A stretch of 64,000 nt of DNA from Candidatus Nanosyncoccus sp. (GTDB lineage: Bacteria; Patescibacteriota; Saccharimonadia; Saccharimonadales; Saccharimonadaceae), in contig JAZQIR010000007.1 in NCBI GenBank assembly GCA_045541215.1, positions 79,167-143,166 on the forward strand, read 5' to 3'. This document shows, piece after piece, positions 1 to 10,210 of the stretch (within the stretch, counting starts at the first letter, position 1; each line of letters starts with the position of its first letter). The position numbers were made by a program, and so were the translations under genes. Below the pieces are notes generated by a model. The model saw only the letters and a program-made list of their open reading frames with translations. It was not told where the DNA came from and searched no databases.

Positions 1-647
1 AATAATTTAAGTGCATCTGGCTTAATTTCCGTACCAAGAATTTTAGCAGTTCTTAGAATAATCTGTTCAATTTCTGGTTCTTTATAATATTCCAGCCTAT
101 GTACAATCCCAAACCTGTCCCTAAGTGGTCCCGCAAGAGCACCAGTTCTCGTAGTCGCCCCAATCACGGTAATTTTCGGCAAATCCAATCTCATAGAACG
201 TGCCGCTGGACCTTTACCTATTACGATGTCAAGTTTATAATCTTCCATTGCGGAATATAATATTTCTTCTACCGCCCGCCTAAGCCTGTGGATTTCGTCT
301 ATAAATAATACATCACCTTCTTTCAGATTAGTTAAAATGGAAGCCAAATCTCCCGCCCGCTCTATTGCCGGACCAGAAGTTACTCTAAGAGAGGCACCTA
401 ATTCGTGCGCTATCACTCCCGCCATAGTAGTTTTACCAAGACCAGGCGGACCATAAAGAAGCACGTGGTCTAGTACAGCCCCATCTCCACGTTTTTTTAC
501 TGCATCAATCGCGAGCTTTAAGTTATTTTTGAGATGTTCCTGTCCGATATAATCAGAAAAAGTGGAAGGCCGAAGCGAGATCTCTATTTTCTCTTCTTCT
601 TTATCTTCTGTATCTAGCCTCGGCTCCACTAATCTCTCAATTGCCAT
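1..647 (-). CDS. ruvB: Holliday junction branch migration helicase RuvB (runs off the window start)
   Basis: Manual translation from ATG at 647: [10 protein letters not shown]...[14 protein letters not shown]...LFIDEIHRL...[21 protein letters not shown]. Confidence 0.96.
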   Translation of the reverse strand, partial: MAIERLVEPRLDTEDKEEEKIEISLRPSTFSDYIGQEHLKNNLKLAIDAVKKRGDGAVLDHVLLYGPPGLGKTTMAGVIAHELGASLRVTSGPAIERAGDLASILTNLKEGDVLFIDEIHRLRRAVEEILYSAMEDYKLDIVIGKGPAARSMRLDLPKITVIGATTRTGALAGPLRDRFGIVHRLEYYKEPEIEQIILRTAKILGTEIKPDALKL

Positions 648-704
648 ACTTTTATTATAGCACTCTTTTGGACTAGCCTAACTTTTTCAAGGAAAGTTCG
701 GGTT

Positions 705-2612
705 TTATTTATCTACCACTTCACCTTCTACTGGCTCACCATCCGAGGATTTGTTGGCGCCAGCATCAGCAGAATTAGTAGCTCCCGCATCACCAGCATC
801 TTTAGACGCTTCTTGATACATTTTTGCACCAATTGGCATTATTTTGTCAGAGAGTTCTTTCGCTGCTGCTTCAAGAGCATCCTTATCCGCATCTGCATCA
901 TTCAAGACTTTTTTAGCTTCTTCTACCGCAGATTTAATAGTCTCTTTATCAGAATCCGATATTTTATCTTTATATTCATCTGGCATTTTCTCTGCCTGAT
1001 AAATCGCATTTTCTAGACGATTCTTCACGTCAATAATATCTTTCTTCTTTTTATCTTCCTCTGCATGAAGTTCTGCCTCTTTTTGGGCTTTCTCAATATC
1101 TTCTTTACTCATATTGCCAGAGTTTTGAATAGTGATAGATTGTTCCTTACCAGTCCCCTTGTCCTTAGCAGTTACGTTCAAAATACCGTTTGCGTCCAAA
1201 TTAAATGTCACCTCGATTTGTGGTACACCACGAGGAGCCGGAGCAATACCATCTAGTATAAATCTACCTAGAGACTTATTGTCTGCCGCAAATTCCCTTT
1301 CACCCTGAAGCACATGAATTTCTACCTGTGGCTGATTGTCTGAAGCGGTAGAAAACACTTCTGATTTAGAAGTAGGAATTGTAGTGTTTCTATCAATTAA
1401 TGGCGTACGTACTCCACCCATAGTTTCAATACCAAGAGTTAACGGCGTTACGTCTAGAAGTAATACATCCTTCACATCACCCTGCAAAACCCCGCCTTGA
1501 ATTGCAGCACCTACAGCCACTACTTCATCAGGATTCACGCCCTGCATAGGATCTTTACCAAAGATGGACTTCACTTTCTCCACCACTGCTGGCATCCTAG
1601 TCATACCACCTACCATCACGATTTCGTTGATGTCTTTGGTTGTGAGCTTAGCATCCTTAAGTGCTTTCTCTACTGGCTCAGCCAATCTATCAAGCAGCGG
1701 TTTCACCAATTCTTCGAGTTTAGCCCGTGTCAAAGTACATTCAAAATGTTTTGGTCCTTCTGAATCAGCAGACAAAAACGGCAAGTTAATATCCGTAGAA
1801 GTAGAAGAAGAAAGTTCCTTTTTAGCCTTTTCAGCTTCGTCTTTAATACGTTGCATCGCCGCCGCATCTTTTCTCACATCTATGCCAGACTCTTTTTTAA
1901 ACTCATCCACAAGGTATTCTACCAAAATATTATCAAAATCTTCACCGCCAAGATGAGTATCACCGTTAGTGGACATCACTTCAAACACACCGTCACCAAG
2001 TTCTAGTACAGAAACATCAAATGTGCCACCACCAAGGTCAAACACTACAATTTTTTCGTCTTTTTTAGACTCCAAACCATAAGCTAGTGCCGCTGCCGTT
2101 GGCTCATTAATGATTCTTTTCACTTCAAGTCCGGCAATTTTGCCAGCATCTTTAGTTGCTTGGCGCTGAGAATCATCAAAGTAAGCCGGCACTGTAATAA
2201 TAGCCTCGGTTACCTTTTCACCAAGAAATGCCTCGGCATCAGCCTTAATCTTAGATAGAATCATCGCCGAAATTTCTTCTGGCGTATATTCTTTTCCATC
2301 CATCTCTACTGCCACACCAGAACCTTTTTTTACGATTTTGTATGGGCAAATCTCAATATCATGTTGAACTTCTTTATCAGTAAATTTACGGCCGATTAAT
2401 CTTTTAATACCATAAATAGTATTTTTAGGATTAGTTACTCTCTGCCTTTGGGCTACTTTACCTACCAATCTTTCGCCCTTTTTTGTTACCGCCACCACGG
2501 AAGGAGTAGTTCTATCACCTTCTGAATTGGTAATCACTTCTGGTTTACCAGCGACCATATAGGCAAAAGCCGAGTTAGTTGTACCGAGGTCAATTCCGAT
2601 AATTTTACTCAT
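705..2612 (-). CDS. dnaK: Molecular chaperone DnaK (Hsp70)
   Basis: [33 protein letters not shown] motifs; 635 aa. Confidence 0.99.
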   Translation of the reverse strand: MSKIIGIDLGTTNSAFAYMVAGKPEVITNSEGDRTTPSVVAVTKKGERLVGKVAQRQRVTNPKNTIYGIKRLIGRKFTDKEVQHDIEICPYKIVKKGSGVAVEMDGKEYTPEEISAMILSKIKADAEAFLGEKVTEAIITVPAYFDDSQRQATKDAGKIAGLEVKRIINEPTAAALAYGLESKKDEKIVVFDLGGGTFDVSVLELGDGVFEVMSTNGDTHLGGEDFDNILVEYLVDEFKKESGIDVRKDAAAMQRIKDEAEKAKKELSSSTSTDINLPFLSADSEGPKHFECTLTRAKLEELVKPLLDRLAEPVEKALKDAKLTTKDINEIVMVGGMTRMPAVVEKVKSIFGKDPMQGVNPDEVVAVGAAIQGGVLQGDVKDVLLLDVTPLTLGIETMGGVRTPLIDRNTTIPTSKSEVFSTASDNQPQVEIHVLQGEREFAADNKSLGRFILDGIAPAPRGVPQIEVTFNLDANGILNVTAKDKGTGKEQSITIQNSGNMSKEDIEKAQKEAELHAEEDKKKKDIIDVKNRLENAIYQAEKMPDEYKDKISDSDKETIKSAVEEAKKVLNDADADKDALEAAAKELSDKIMPIGAKMYQEASKDAGDAGATNSADAGANKSSDGEPVEGEVVDK

Positions 2613-2639
2613 AATTATATGCTCCTTTTATTATTTTGT

Positions 2640-2666
2640 CTAGCACTCTACTTATACGAGTGCCAA
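2640..2666. promoter_or_regulatory. CIRCE element (HrcA operator), dnaK-proximal
   Basis: CTAGCACTC-N9-GAGTGCCAA versus consensus TTAGCACTC-N9-GAGTGCTAA. Confidence 0.9.
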
Positions 2667-2676
2667 TCTACCTCTA

Positions 2677-2705
2677 ATTATATCAAACTGGCACTCGTAT
2701 GTCAA
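2677..2705 (-). promoter_or_regulatory. Sigma70-type promoter of dnaK
   Basis: Minus strand TTGACA (2705-2700), 17 nt, TATAAT (2682-2677). Confidence 0.85.
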
Positions 2706-2714
2706 TAGTGCTAA
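2688..2714. promoter_or_regulatory. Second CIRCE element overlapping the dnaK -35 box
   Basis: CTGGCACTC-N9-TAGTGCTAA; its spacer contains the TTGACA -35. Confidence 0.85.
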
Positions 2715-2838
2715 TTAACAATTTACGTTAATATTTTTGTAAAAATCATCCTTTAAAAAGCTCTTGCACAGAATCAAAAAATATAATATCATAAAAATAT
2801 AAAATTCCTATAATCCAACGTTAAAAAATCAAAAATGC

Positions 2839-2952
2839 ATGTTTATTGTAGGTAGAAATCGGCACCAGTAGGTATCGAACGTCTACAATAGGCATCTTGC
2901 ATACTTATTTAGCGTTGGATTATAGGAGCCTACGGGTGTCGATTTTTGTAAT
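2839..2952 (+). ncRNA. Candidate structured cis-regulatory RNA, copy 1 (crossed helices) in the FISUMP gene leader
   Basis: 13-bp helix 2839-2851/2883-2895 and 19-bp helix 2854-2872/2929-2947 with G-U pairs; same architecture at 59843-59944. Confidence 0.55.
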
Positions 2953-2986
2953 TTGGCCCGTAAGGTTAATAATACAGGTCAAATAT

Positions 2987-4501
2987 ATGAAAAAATCTAT
3001 TCAAATAATCGCATTAACTATATTCTTCTCAATGATAGGCGTTCTGTTTTTTGCCCCTACCTCCGCTACTAATATCCCCACTTCTGTAACCATTAAACCA
3101 TCATTAGGTCTAACGCTTTCTAGTTCTAGTGTAGTACTTAATTTAGATCCTACAACCAATCCTTTTGATAATGAGACAGTTAATATAGTAGTAGGTACCA
3201 ATAATCCTACTGGATATTGGGTGACTATGTCTAGCAATAATAATGATACCAACCTAGTTAATACTAATGATATCACTAAGACTATTCCTACCTTAGAATC
3301 AAATATATCAGAAGCAGATTGCCCAGCTAATTATTGGGGATATAAAATTAGTAGTAATAGTAGTACTGGCGATAGTAATACTAACTATTTACCATACGTA
3401 TCAGGAGCCACTATTGCTAGCAATAATACAAAAGTGAATAACGACACTACTAATCTTACTATTGCATCTAAAATAGATTATCTTAGTGTACCAGGGTTAT
3501 ACAAACAAACTTTTAATTTTACGGCATTACCACATATTACTAATTATTATATGCAAGATCTTTCTGACCCTACTTTGGCTCAGGAAGTCTGCAGAACTGA
3601 TGCTCCAAGCATTGTCATGGACAAACGTGACGAACATCCCTACCTAGTCCAAAGACTAAAAGATAATCATTGTTGGATGCTAGACAATCTAGACTTAGAC
3701 TTAACTAACGAGTCTATCGTAGCAAACCTCACCACAGAAAATACCAATATAGACACTACAAATGATCCATACGCCCTAGAAAGCCTCAAAAACGGCGCTC
3801 GCTCTAATGGTGACAAATACGCTACTGCCGGCCTAGAATATCACAACTGGACTGGTGCCGGTATGACGCCAGTAAGTCCTAATTATAGCTTTTCTCAACC
3901 ACTAGTAAATAGAAGTGGTAGATGTGATCCCTCTAAGAACAGTGGCACCCCATGCGTAGGCAAATGGCAAGACGCTAGCTACACCAACAATACAGTCATA
4001 GACACCGCAAATGCTTCCAACACCAAATACAACTATGGCCCAGGTAGCTATAAGATTGGCACCTACTACAACTATTGCGCCGCTTCTGCCGGTACCTACT
4101 GCTATGGTGACAATACTAGTGCCGGTACTCCACCAGAGAACAGCTCCCCAACTTCAGACATCTGCCCAGCTGATTGGCATATACCAAGTGATAATGGTGG
4201 CACGAACGGCGATTACATCACTCTTTGCTCCGCTATTAAAGGCAGTGCCTGTGCAGATGCCAATTGGAACACTATGAGCATTACGGATTCCACCAGTATG
4301 CAATACCAACTATCTACACCTCTTTCCGGATATTACTTGAACAACTCTGCACATGAACATGGTTCATTCAGCACTTTCTGGTCTTCTACCTATGGCAATA
4401 GTCTTGGCATGTCTCGTCTTGCAATTAGACCATCAGGCGTCCACCCACGAGGTCTTAATTATCGCAATACCGGCGGATCTATCCGCTGTGTCTCCCCCTA
4501 G
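2987..4501 (+). CDS. Secreted FISUMP (Fib_succ_major)-domain protein
   Basis: Likely start ATG 2987 (MKKSIQII, signal peptide); CWMLDNL, YYNYCAA, ICPADWHIPS, FWSST, GGSIRCV motifs; paralog at 59976. Confidence 0.8.
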   Translation: MKKSIQIIALTIFFSMIGVLFFAPTSATNIPTSVTIKPSLGLTLSSSSVVLNLDPTTNPFDNETVNIVVGTNNPTGYWVTMSSNNNDTNLVNTNDITKTIPTLESNISEADCPANYWGYKISSNSSTGDSNTNYLPYVSGATIASNNTKVNNDTTNLTIASKIDYLSVPGLYKQTFNFTALPHITNYYMQDLSDPTLAQEVCRTDAPSIVMDKRDEHPYLVQRLKDNHCWMLDNLDLDLTNESIVANLTTENTNIDTTNDPYALESLKNGARSNGDKYATAGLEYHNWTGAGMTPVSPNYSFSQPLVNRSGRCDPSKNSGTPCVGKWQDASYTNNTVIDTANASNTKYNYGPGSYKIGTYYNYCAASAGTYCYGDNTSAGTPPENSSPTSDICPADWHIPSDNGGTNGDYITLCSAIKGSACADANWNTMSITDSTSMQYQLSTPLSGYYLNNSAHEHGSFSTFWSSTYGNSLGMSRLAIRPSGVHPRGLNYRNTGGSIRCVSP

Positions 4502-4547
4502 CCTAATATTATCCTAAAACCGCAAGAAACCAACCTAAAACCCTGCG

Positions 4548-6116
4548 TCAACACCCCAAATACTCATCAGTTTTTCCCACCAGCACCAAAATCCCAGGCA
4601 TAATCAGAATCTGAAGTGCATTCGGAATCCCCGAGAAAAAGATTAATGTCACCCCATATGCCACCACAAGACTCAGCACCATCCCACTCGCTTCACGATT
4701 TTTCAAAATCGTTTTCACCGTCATTACCACCAAAATCACAAATAGAAAAACGCCAATCAAGCCAGTTTCTAGTAGCAAAGAAGCATATTCATTCTGTACA
4801 ATTTCTTTTGGCGCCGGAGAAAGTCCATTATCATATAATGCTTGCCCAGCTCCACCAATTCCCACCCCCACCAAAGCCGTCTCAAAATCTTTTTGCCAAA
4901 TTTCTAACGCCGCCTTTGCTAATCGCAATCTAGTATTAGTAGATTCCGCCACATATCCGTCAAAAACCGCTCCTTTAGTCACATCAGAAGCACTGTCGTC
5001 ATCTAGTTTACCACCACTACCTACCACAAAACCGACTTTTACCCCACTAGCAGAAGAGTTTTCCACAGGTTCATGAGAGTTTTCCACAACCACTTCATTA
5101 TCTGCCTTTTCGTCTCCCCTAATTTTTATCACACCGAGTGAAAGTTGCTCCAATACTTTTCCTACCCCATCCACATAGGTATCGGAAGTCGGCGAACTAG
5201 CCGCCAGAATCCCCTGCAGATTCAAAGTAAACAAAAACGAAACGACAAATATTCCCAAAGTTTTCAAAATAGAAAAACAAACATTCTTTCTCTCAGTTTT
5301 TTTAGCTCTAAAATAACTAAAGAAAAACATAAACAAAAGTCCCACCACACACGCATAAATCGCCCCCCGCGACAATGTTAGAAACAAAGTTGCTGAGAAG
5401 ATAAAGAATAGTAGGAAGCTGGTTTTTTGCCGAATTTGAGGGACTCCGGAGCGCGGCAGCGCGAGGATGAGCGCGCCGCCCCCGTGGCGACGGGCGGCGG
5501 CGACGCGGCCCGAAAATTGGCAAAAACCAGCTACCACCATTATCGGCGCGAGCAATAAATTTCCCATAAACTGTGGTTCTATGGAAAACCCGTTTGGATG
5601 CGGGAATCCAAACATTCTATATACACACCCATCGCAAAGAAGCGTGATATCCTGAGAAACGCCAACAATATCTAAAACACACTGTACTATGCACCACAGA
5701 CACACTAGCAAAAACGAACCAAAAAACCACCGCCAAAAAATCTTCCAAAACTTTGTATCCAAATTTTCTTTCAGCTCCCAAAAACCAATCACCGCAAAGA
5801 AAAGTAGCCACATTACCCCTATAGTCAAAATCCCCCGCAAAGGATTTAAAGACCAAGCCACGCTAAAAGTTGCAAAAAGCGGGAACAACCACCACAAAAT
5901 ACTACCAAATACTTTCGAAAAAATCCGCGCACGATATTTCTGACAAATCATAACAAACGCCAAAATATCAAACAGCGCCAACCATATTAAAGACAGGGAA
6001 AGTTCAAAATTCATTGTTTCGTTTTCGCCAAAAGAAATAACTGGAAAATAAGAAAAACAAAGTGCCAAAGGCAAAACATACAAAAAACCTTTATATATTT
6101 TAGTCAACTTTTTCAT
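4548..6116 (-). CDS. O-antigen ligase/polymerase-like (Wzy_C) membrane protein
   Basis: Multi-TM; TLSRGA, GVGIGGAG and VQNEYASLLLETGLIG motifs. Confidence 0.8.
   Translation of the reverse strand: MKKLTKIYKGFLYVLPLALCFSYFPVISFGENETMNFELSLSLIWLALFDILAFVMICQKYRARIFSKVFGSILWWLFPLFATFSVAWSLNPLRGILTIGVMWLLFFAVIGFWELKENLDTKFWKIFWRWFFGSFLLVCLWCIVQCVLDIVGVSQDITLLCDGCVYRMFGFPHPNGFSIEPQFMGNLLLAPIMVVAGFCQFSGRVAAARRHGGGALILALPRSGVPQIRQKTSFLLFFIFSATLFLTLSRGAIYACVVGLLFMFFFSYFRAKKTERKNVCFSILKTLGIFVVSFLFTLNLQGILAASSPTSDTYVDGVGKVLEQLSLGVIKIRGDEKADNEVVVENSHEPVENSSASGVKVGFVVGSGGKLDDDSASDVTKGAVFDGYVAESTNTRLRLAKAALEIWQKDFETALVGVGIGGAGQALYDNGLSPAPKEIVQNEYASLLLETGLIGVFLFVILVVMTVKTILKNREASGMVLSLVVAYGVTLIFFSGIPNALQILIMPGILVLVGKTDEYLGC
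5418..5531. repeat. GC-rich palindromic element inserted in-frame (114 bp), copy 1
   Basis: Imperfect terminal inverted repeats GCTGGTTTTTTGCC/GGCAAAAACCAGC around a GC-rich core; core homologous to the reverse complement of 6628-6744. Confidence 0.7.
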
Positions 6117-7320
6117 TCACCTCCTTGTCAAGTTTTTTCACAGCTGACTTCACAAATTCCGTGATTTCATGGTCAAATCTAGAAACACTAAATTTCTCTG
6201 CACTTTTAGCGACTTTTGCTCGATCAAATTTCATTTTCTCAAAAGTCAAAATTGCTTCAGAAAGGGAATTAACGTTTTGTTTCTCAAACAAAACTCCATT
6301 TTTTCCATCTTCAATGTAGTCCAAAGCTCCGCCTTCACCAAATGCAATCACTGGACAACCTGCAGCCAATGCCTCTACCGGTGCAATTCCAAACGGTTCC
6401 AAACTCGGAAAAATATAACCTTTTGCCTCCGCAAGATATTTTGCTAATTCTTCCCTCTTCATTAGTGGCAAAAACTTAACAAACTCACAATTCCCTGCCA
6501 TTTTTACAAGTCGCCTATGCTCCGGCCCTTCACCTACCACAAGAAGTTCCCTTTTGAGCCTCTTACATGCTTTCACAACCAAATCTAACCGTTTCCAATT
6601 TACTTGCCGAGAAGTGGTAATGTAGTAAGGAGTCGAGAAGATGGCTCTCGGACACGGGTCACTCGCTCCCGTCGTCACGGGGCTCGTGCTCTCATTCTCG
6701 GCCGTAGCCTCCGAAAGGTCCTCAAGCCGTCTTTCTCGACTCCTAAATTCATCAATCTCCACGGGCGGGTGAATCACGATCGCATCACGATGATAATACT
6801 TAACAATCAACTCCTTCGTATATTCCGAAATCGTCACAAATTCATCTACCCTCTGAGCTGCCTCAAAGTCTGCCCGTCTTAATGGTTTCACTAATAGTTT
6901 AAAGAAAAATCTCACCATCGGGTTTAAAACTCCAAACCCAGGATTTTTTACGTAAATATCATAAAGTTGCCAATAATATTGCGTCGGTGCATGACAATAA
7001 GACACGTGTATCGCCCCAGGTTTAGTCACACGTATCGCCTTTGCTTCCGCTCCAGTCACCGAAATTACCAAATCATAATCAGATAAATCAAGATGAGAAA
7101 ACCATTTCTGTCTCAAAGGCCCTAGAACTCTCCTCATAAAAACCGGAAAAATTTGTAACCACCCCGTCCTGACATCCGCATCCAAAAACCAATCAATTCC
7201 CCGCCTAGAATATTTAGAAGTATAGATTGGTGCCTTTGGATACAATCGATGTATTTCTAGTAGCACTTTTTCTGCTCCCCCTACATTTGTCAGCCAATCA
7301 CAAACTATCGCCACTTTCAT
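6100..7320 (-). CDS. Glycosyltransferase family 4 (GT-B)
   Basis: MKVAIVCDWL..GGAEKV; FPSLEPFGIAPVEALAAGCPVIA. Confidence 0.93.
   Translation of the reverse strand: MKVAIVCDWLTNVGGAEKVLLEIHRLYPKAPIYTSKYSRRGIDWFLDADVRTGWLQIFPVFMRRVLGPLRQKWFSHLDLSDYDLVISVTGAEAKAIRVTKPGAIHVSYCHAPTQYYWQLYDIYVKNPGFGVLNPMVRFFFKLLVKPLRRADFEAAQRVDEFVTISEYTKELIVKYYHRDAIVIHPPVEIDEFRSRERRLEDLSEATAENESTSPVTTGASDPCPRAIFSTPYYITTSRQVNWKRLDLVVKACKRLKRELLVVGEGPEHRRLVKMAGNCEFVKFLPLMKREELAKYLAEAKGYIFPSLEPFGIAPVEALAAGCPVIAFGEGGALDYIEDGKNGVLFEKQNVNSLSEAILTFEKMKFDRAKVAKSAEKFSVSRFDHEITEFVKSAVKKLDKEVNEKVD
6628..6744. repeat. GC-rich palindromic element inserted in-frame (117 bp), copy 2
   Basis: Inverted repeats AGGAGTCGAGAAGATGGCT/AGCCGTCTTTCTCGACTCCT; core CCCCGTGACGACGGG matches CCCCGTGGCGACGGG of copy 1 in the opposite orientation. 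Confidence 0.7.
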
Positions 7321-7325
7321 AGCAA

Positions 7326-8750
7326 CTATTTTGCCCCTTCACCACGAAAAACCGCTGCTATCGTTCTAAAAAATATTTGTGCATCTAGAAACAAGGACCA
7401 ATTCATCACATAATAAATGTCTAGCGCCCTTCTTTCTTCAAAAGAAATATCTCGTCTACCAGACACTTGCGCAAACCCAGTCAAACCCGACTTTACTGTC
7501 AAAATCAAAGATCTATCGCCATAATCTCTTAATTCCCCTGGTATCAAAGCTCTTGGCCCAATCAAAGAAATATCACCCTTCAGAATATTAAATAACTGTG
7601 GCAATTCGTCTAAAGAAGTCCTCCTGATAAATTTCCCAAATCCAGTAATTCTAGGATCGTCTTTCAAAAAATCCCCATTTTTACGATATTTTTTAATTAG
7701 TTCTTTCTTCCCCATTTTGATAAATGCTTCTTCTGGTGTCATTCCACTCCATTCCGGTTTCATTGATCTAAATTTATAACATTTAAATTTTCGATTATAT
7801 CTCGTCAACCTTTCTGATTTATAAATCGCTGGCGCTCTTAAATTTGATAATTTCAAAATTAAAAACACCACTAGCATTGGAATCGCCGCCAGAATGAGTC
7901 CAGCCACAGAAAAGAAGATATCAAAGGCTCTTTTTACCACCGCCCAACCGCCAGAAAGCGGCGTTAATTTCACTAAAACTGCCGGAGTATTACCTACCAG
8001 TTCCAGTTCACCAAAATGCGAGGAAAGTGCCGTTTCAGAAGGCACAAAATAATACAAAAGATGATGGTGTACAGCTTGCTTATAAACATACTCTGTAGCT
8101 TTTTCATCCGTTTGAAAAATCACATCTACCTTAACCTTTTTTAAGGCCTCCTTAAGAGACGAATATTGATGAGTTTTTACATCACTAGGAATATATTTGC
8201 GATTGGCCACTACCGCTGCAAGTCTATAACCATATTCTGGCGTAGAAGTGATAAAATCCACCAAATATTCCGTGTTTTTACTGTTACCGATAATTAATAC
8301 CCGTTTCACACCGTAATTCTTTTTAAAAATTTGCCTAGCCATAAATATTATTAAAATCCGTTCCAGCATCAAAAACACAAACGACATCACTACCGCAAGT
8401 AATGCAATTACCCTCACCGGGAAAAGGTTTCTACCCACAAAAAAGTCATACACAATAAGAGCCGCTACAGATAAAATCGCCGCCAAGAACACTTTTCCCA
8501 CCTCAGGAAGACGAGATTTATTTAAAAACACCGATTTTTTATAAAGTCCTAACGCTGCTAGGATAATAATCATAATCGGCACCAGCCATATAATCTCAAG
8601 TGTAAACTCTGATAATTGAGACTCAAACATGTACGGACGCGGATCTACGTGTACTCTTATAAAATAAGATAGCGCAAAAGACAAAATCAAGACAACCGCA
8701 TCACCCAAAATTAAGGCAATTCTTAAGATATAATCGGATTTTTTCCGCAT
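7326..8750 (-). CDS. Polyprenyl glycosylphosphotransferase (WcaJ/WbaP-like priming sugar transferase)
   Basis: N-terminal TM helices; C-terminal KRAFDI, FRSM, DDPRIT, SLDELPQL, GLTGFAQVSGR. Confidence 0.93.
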   Translation of the reverse strand: MRKKSDYILRIALILGDAVVLILSFALSYFIRVHVDPRPYMFESQLSEFTLEIIWLVPIMIIILAALGLYKKSVFLNKSRLPEVGKVFLAAILSVAALIVYDFFVGRNLFPVRVIALLAVVMSFVFLMLERILIIFMARQIFKKNYGVKRVLIIGNSKNTEYLVDFITSTPEYGYRLAAVVANRKYIPSDVKTHQYSSLKEALKKVKVDVIFQTDEKATEYVYKQAVHHHLLYYFVPSETALSSHFGELELVGNTPAVLVKLTPLSGGWAVVKRAFDIFFSVAGLILAAIPMLVVFLILKLSNLRAPAIYKSERLTRYNRKFKCYKFRSMKPEWSGMTPEEAFIKMGKKELIKKYRKNGDFLKDDPRITGFGKFIRRTSLDELPQLFNILKGDISLIGPRALIPGELRDYGDRSLILTVKSGLTGFAQVSGRRDISFEERRALDIYYVMNWSLFLDAQIFFRTIAAVFRGEGAK

Positions 8751-8790
8751 ATATATATTATACCCTAACTATATAATGTCAACAAGCCTA

Positions 8791-9303
8791 TTAAATACGC
8801 GTAAATTTCATTGTTTCACCAGCAATAGTAAGAATGATGGCGCCATCTTTATATTCATAATCCGCTTCAAAAACACCATTAGCATTCTCAGCAATCATTT
8901 TATTATTAGCGTAGGTAAACTTGGTGGTAGATGCACTAGCCTCATTATTATTGTCGGAATCCGAGTCGCTCTCAGTATCTTTATCAGCTTCAGCATCTTC
9001 TGTGTCATCTGTAGCATCTTCATTATTTAGGCTATTAGCATCCATGCCGGTATTTAGTATACCTGTGCCGTCATCTTTAAATTCAATAGTATAGTTTACC
9101 CCAAGCGCCTTCATAAATTCAACGGTTTCAGTAGATTCATTGCCATTAGAATCAATCACCGCCGCAAGCGTATATTTACCCACAATCCCAGGTTTTACTA
9201 AATTTACTACTATCACTGCAACAATTGCCACAATCACGACCACTACTGCTGCACAGATACCCGCAATTATACCCTTGTTCATTTTCTTTTCTTTATTCGC
9301 CAT
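8791..9303 (-). CDS. Hypothetical membrane-anchored protein
   Basis: 170 aa; one N-terminal TM helix, acidic linker; GGAG RBS upstream. Confidence 0.7.
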   Translation of the reverse strand: MANKEKKMNKGIIAGICAAVVVVIVAIVAVIVVNLVKPGIVGKYTLAAVIDSNGNESTETVEFMKALGVNYTIEFKDDGTGILNTGMDANSLNNEDATDDTEDAEADKDTESDSDSDNNNEASASTTKFTYANNKMIAENANGVFEADYEYKDGAIILTIAGETMKFTRI

Positions 9304-9415
9304 AAAAGCTCCTTAACTTATGTATTTTTTTAAGTATAGCATAAATATTAAAAAACTTCATTTGAATAGATTCAACATTACTCAAAACATCATTTTAAAA
9401 TGTTATAATAAACAT

Positions 9416-10048
9416 ATGAAGTATCGAGAAACTTTTCAAAAATATCTTAATGACAAAATAAAATTAAAAACATACCAAAAAGTTGGCATTGCATTTTTAG
9501 TTATCGTGATCGCTGGATTTATCGGCTGGAGCTATGAGTTTATTTTGGCATGGGCCGAGAATGGTCATATTTTTATGAAGGGTGGCAATCTCCTTCCTTG
9601 GATGAATATTTACGCAATTGGTGCAATTTGTCTTATTCCAGTCACTTGGAAAATTCGCAAATATCCGTGGCTCGTTTTTATTGTTTCTGCTATTACCACT
9701 GGCATAGTTGAATTAATCGGCGGCTGGGCGGTATATATTTTGGGCAATGGGACAAGATATTGGAACTATTGCGAAGGCCCATGGGCCTTCGGAAGCATTA
9801 ACGGGTTTGTTTGTCTACTTAGCGTTATTTGCTTCGGTTTAAGCGCCTTAGCTCTTGTTTATCTTGTATTACCATTTTGTATTCATCTTGCCATCAATAT
9901 GAAAAAACGTATTTTTTTAACTCTTGCTATTTCTCTATTCGTATTAGTAATGGCCGACGAAATTACAAATCTAACCCTTAAAAATCTCAATCTCCCCAAT
10001 GCTATGGACTTTTACCGCTCGCTCGGCTTAGAATACCAAAGTTTTTGA
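9416..10048 (+). CDS. Putative ABC-transporter-permease family membrane protein (DUF1113/CmpB-like)
   Basis: GFIGWSYE..., G.LLPW..IY..GA, ELIGG, RYWNY motifs; start moved to ATG 9416, 6 nt after TGTTATAAT. Confidence 0.7.
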   Translation: MKYRETFQKYLNDKIKLKTYQKVGIAFLVIVIAGFIGWSYEFILAWAENGHIFMKGGNLLPWMNIYAIGAICLIPVTWKIRKYPWLVFIVSAITTGIVELIGGWAVYILGNGTRYWNYCEGPWAFGSINGFVCLLSVICFGLSALALVYLVLPFCIHLAINMKKRIFLTLAISLFVLVMADEITNLTLKNLNLPNAMDFYRSLGLEYQSF

Positions 10049-10059
10049 TTTATCTCAAG

Positions 10060-10088
10060 TTGCAGATATAATGTTTTTGTGCTATAAT
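10060..10088 (+). promoter_or_regulatory. Promoter of the tRNA-Lys transcript
   Basis: TTGCAG-17 nt-TATAAT with extended TG. Confidence 0.65.
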
Positions 10089-10119
10089 TATATACGAATC
10101 TGTTTTTAAACAGATTCGT

Positions 10120-10164
10120 GGTCCGGTAGCTCAGTTGGCATAAATCATGACAGCACGAGCCTCT
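10120..10164 (+). pseudogene. Duplicated 5' half of tRNA-Lys
   Basis: GGTCCGGTAGCTCAGTTGG (19/19) and AGCACGAGCCTCT (13/13) identical to the tRNA at 10211, separated by a 13-nt replacement; no T arm or acceptor 3' strand. Confidence 0.75.
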
Positions 10165-10210
10165 GGCGCTGAAAACCCGTCGCATGTTACGGTTAGTAAA
10201 TTATCAATTT

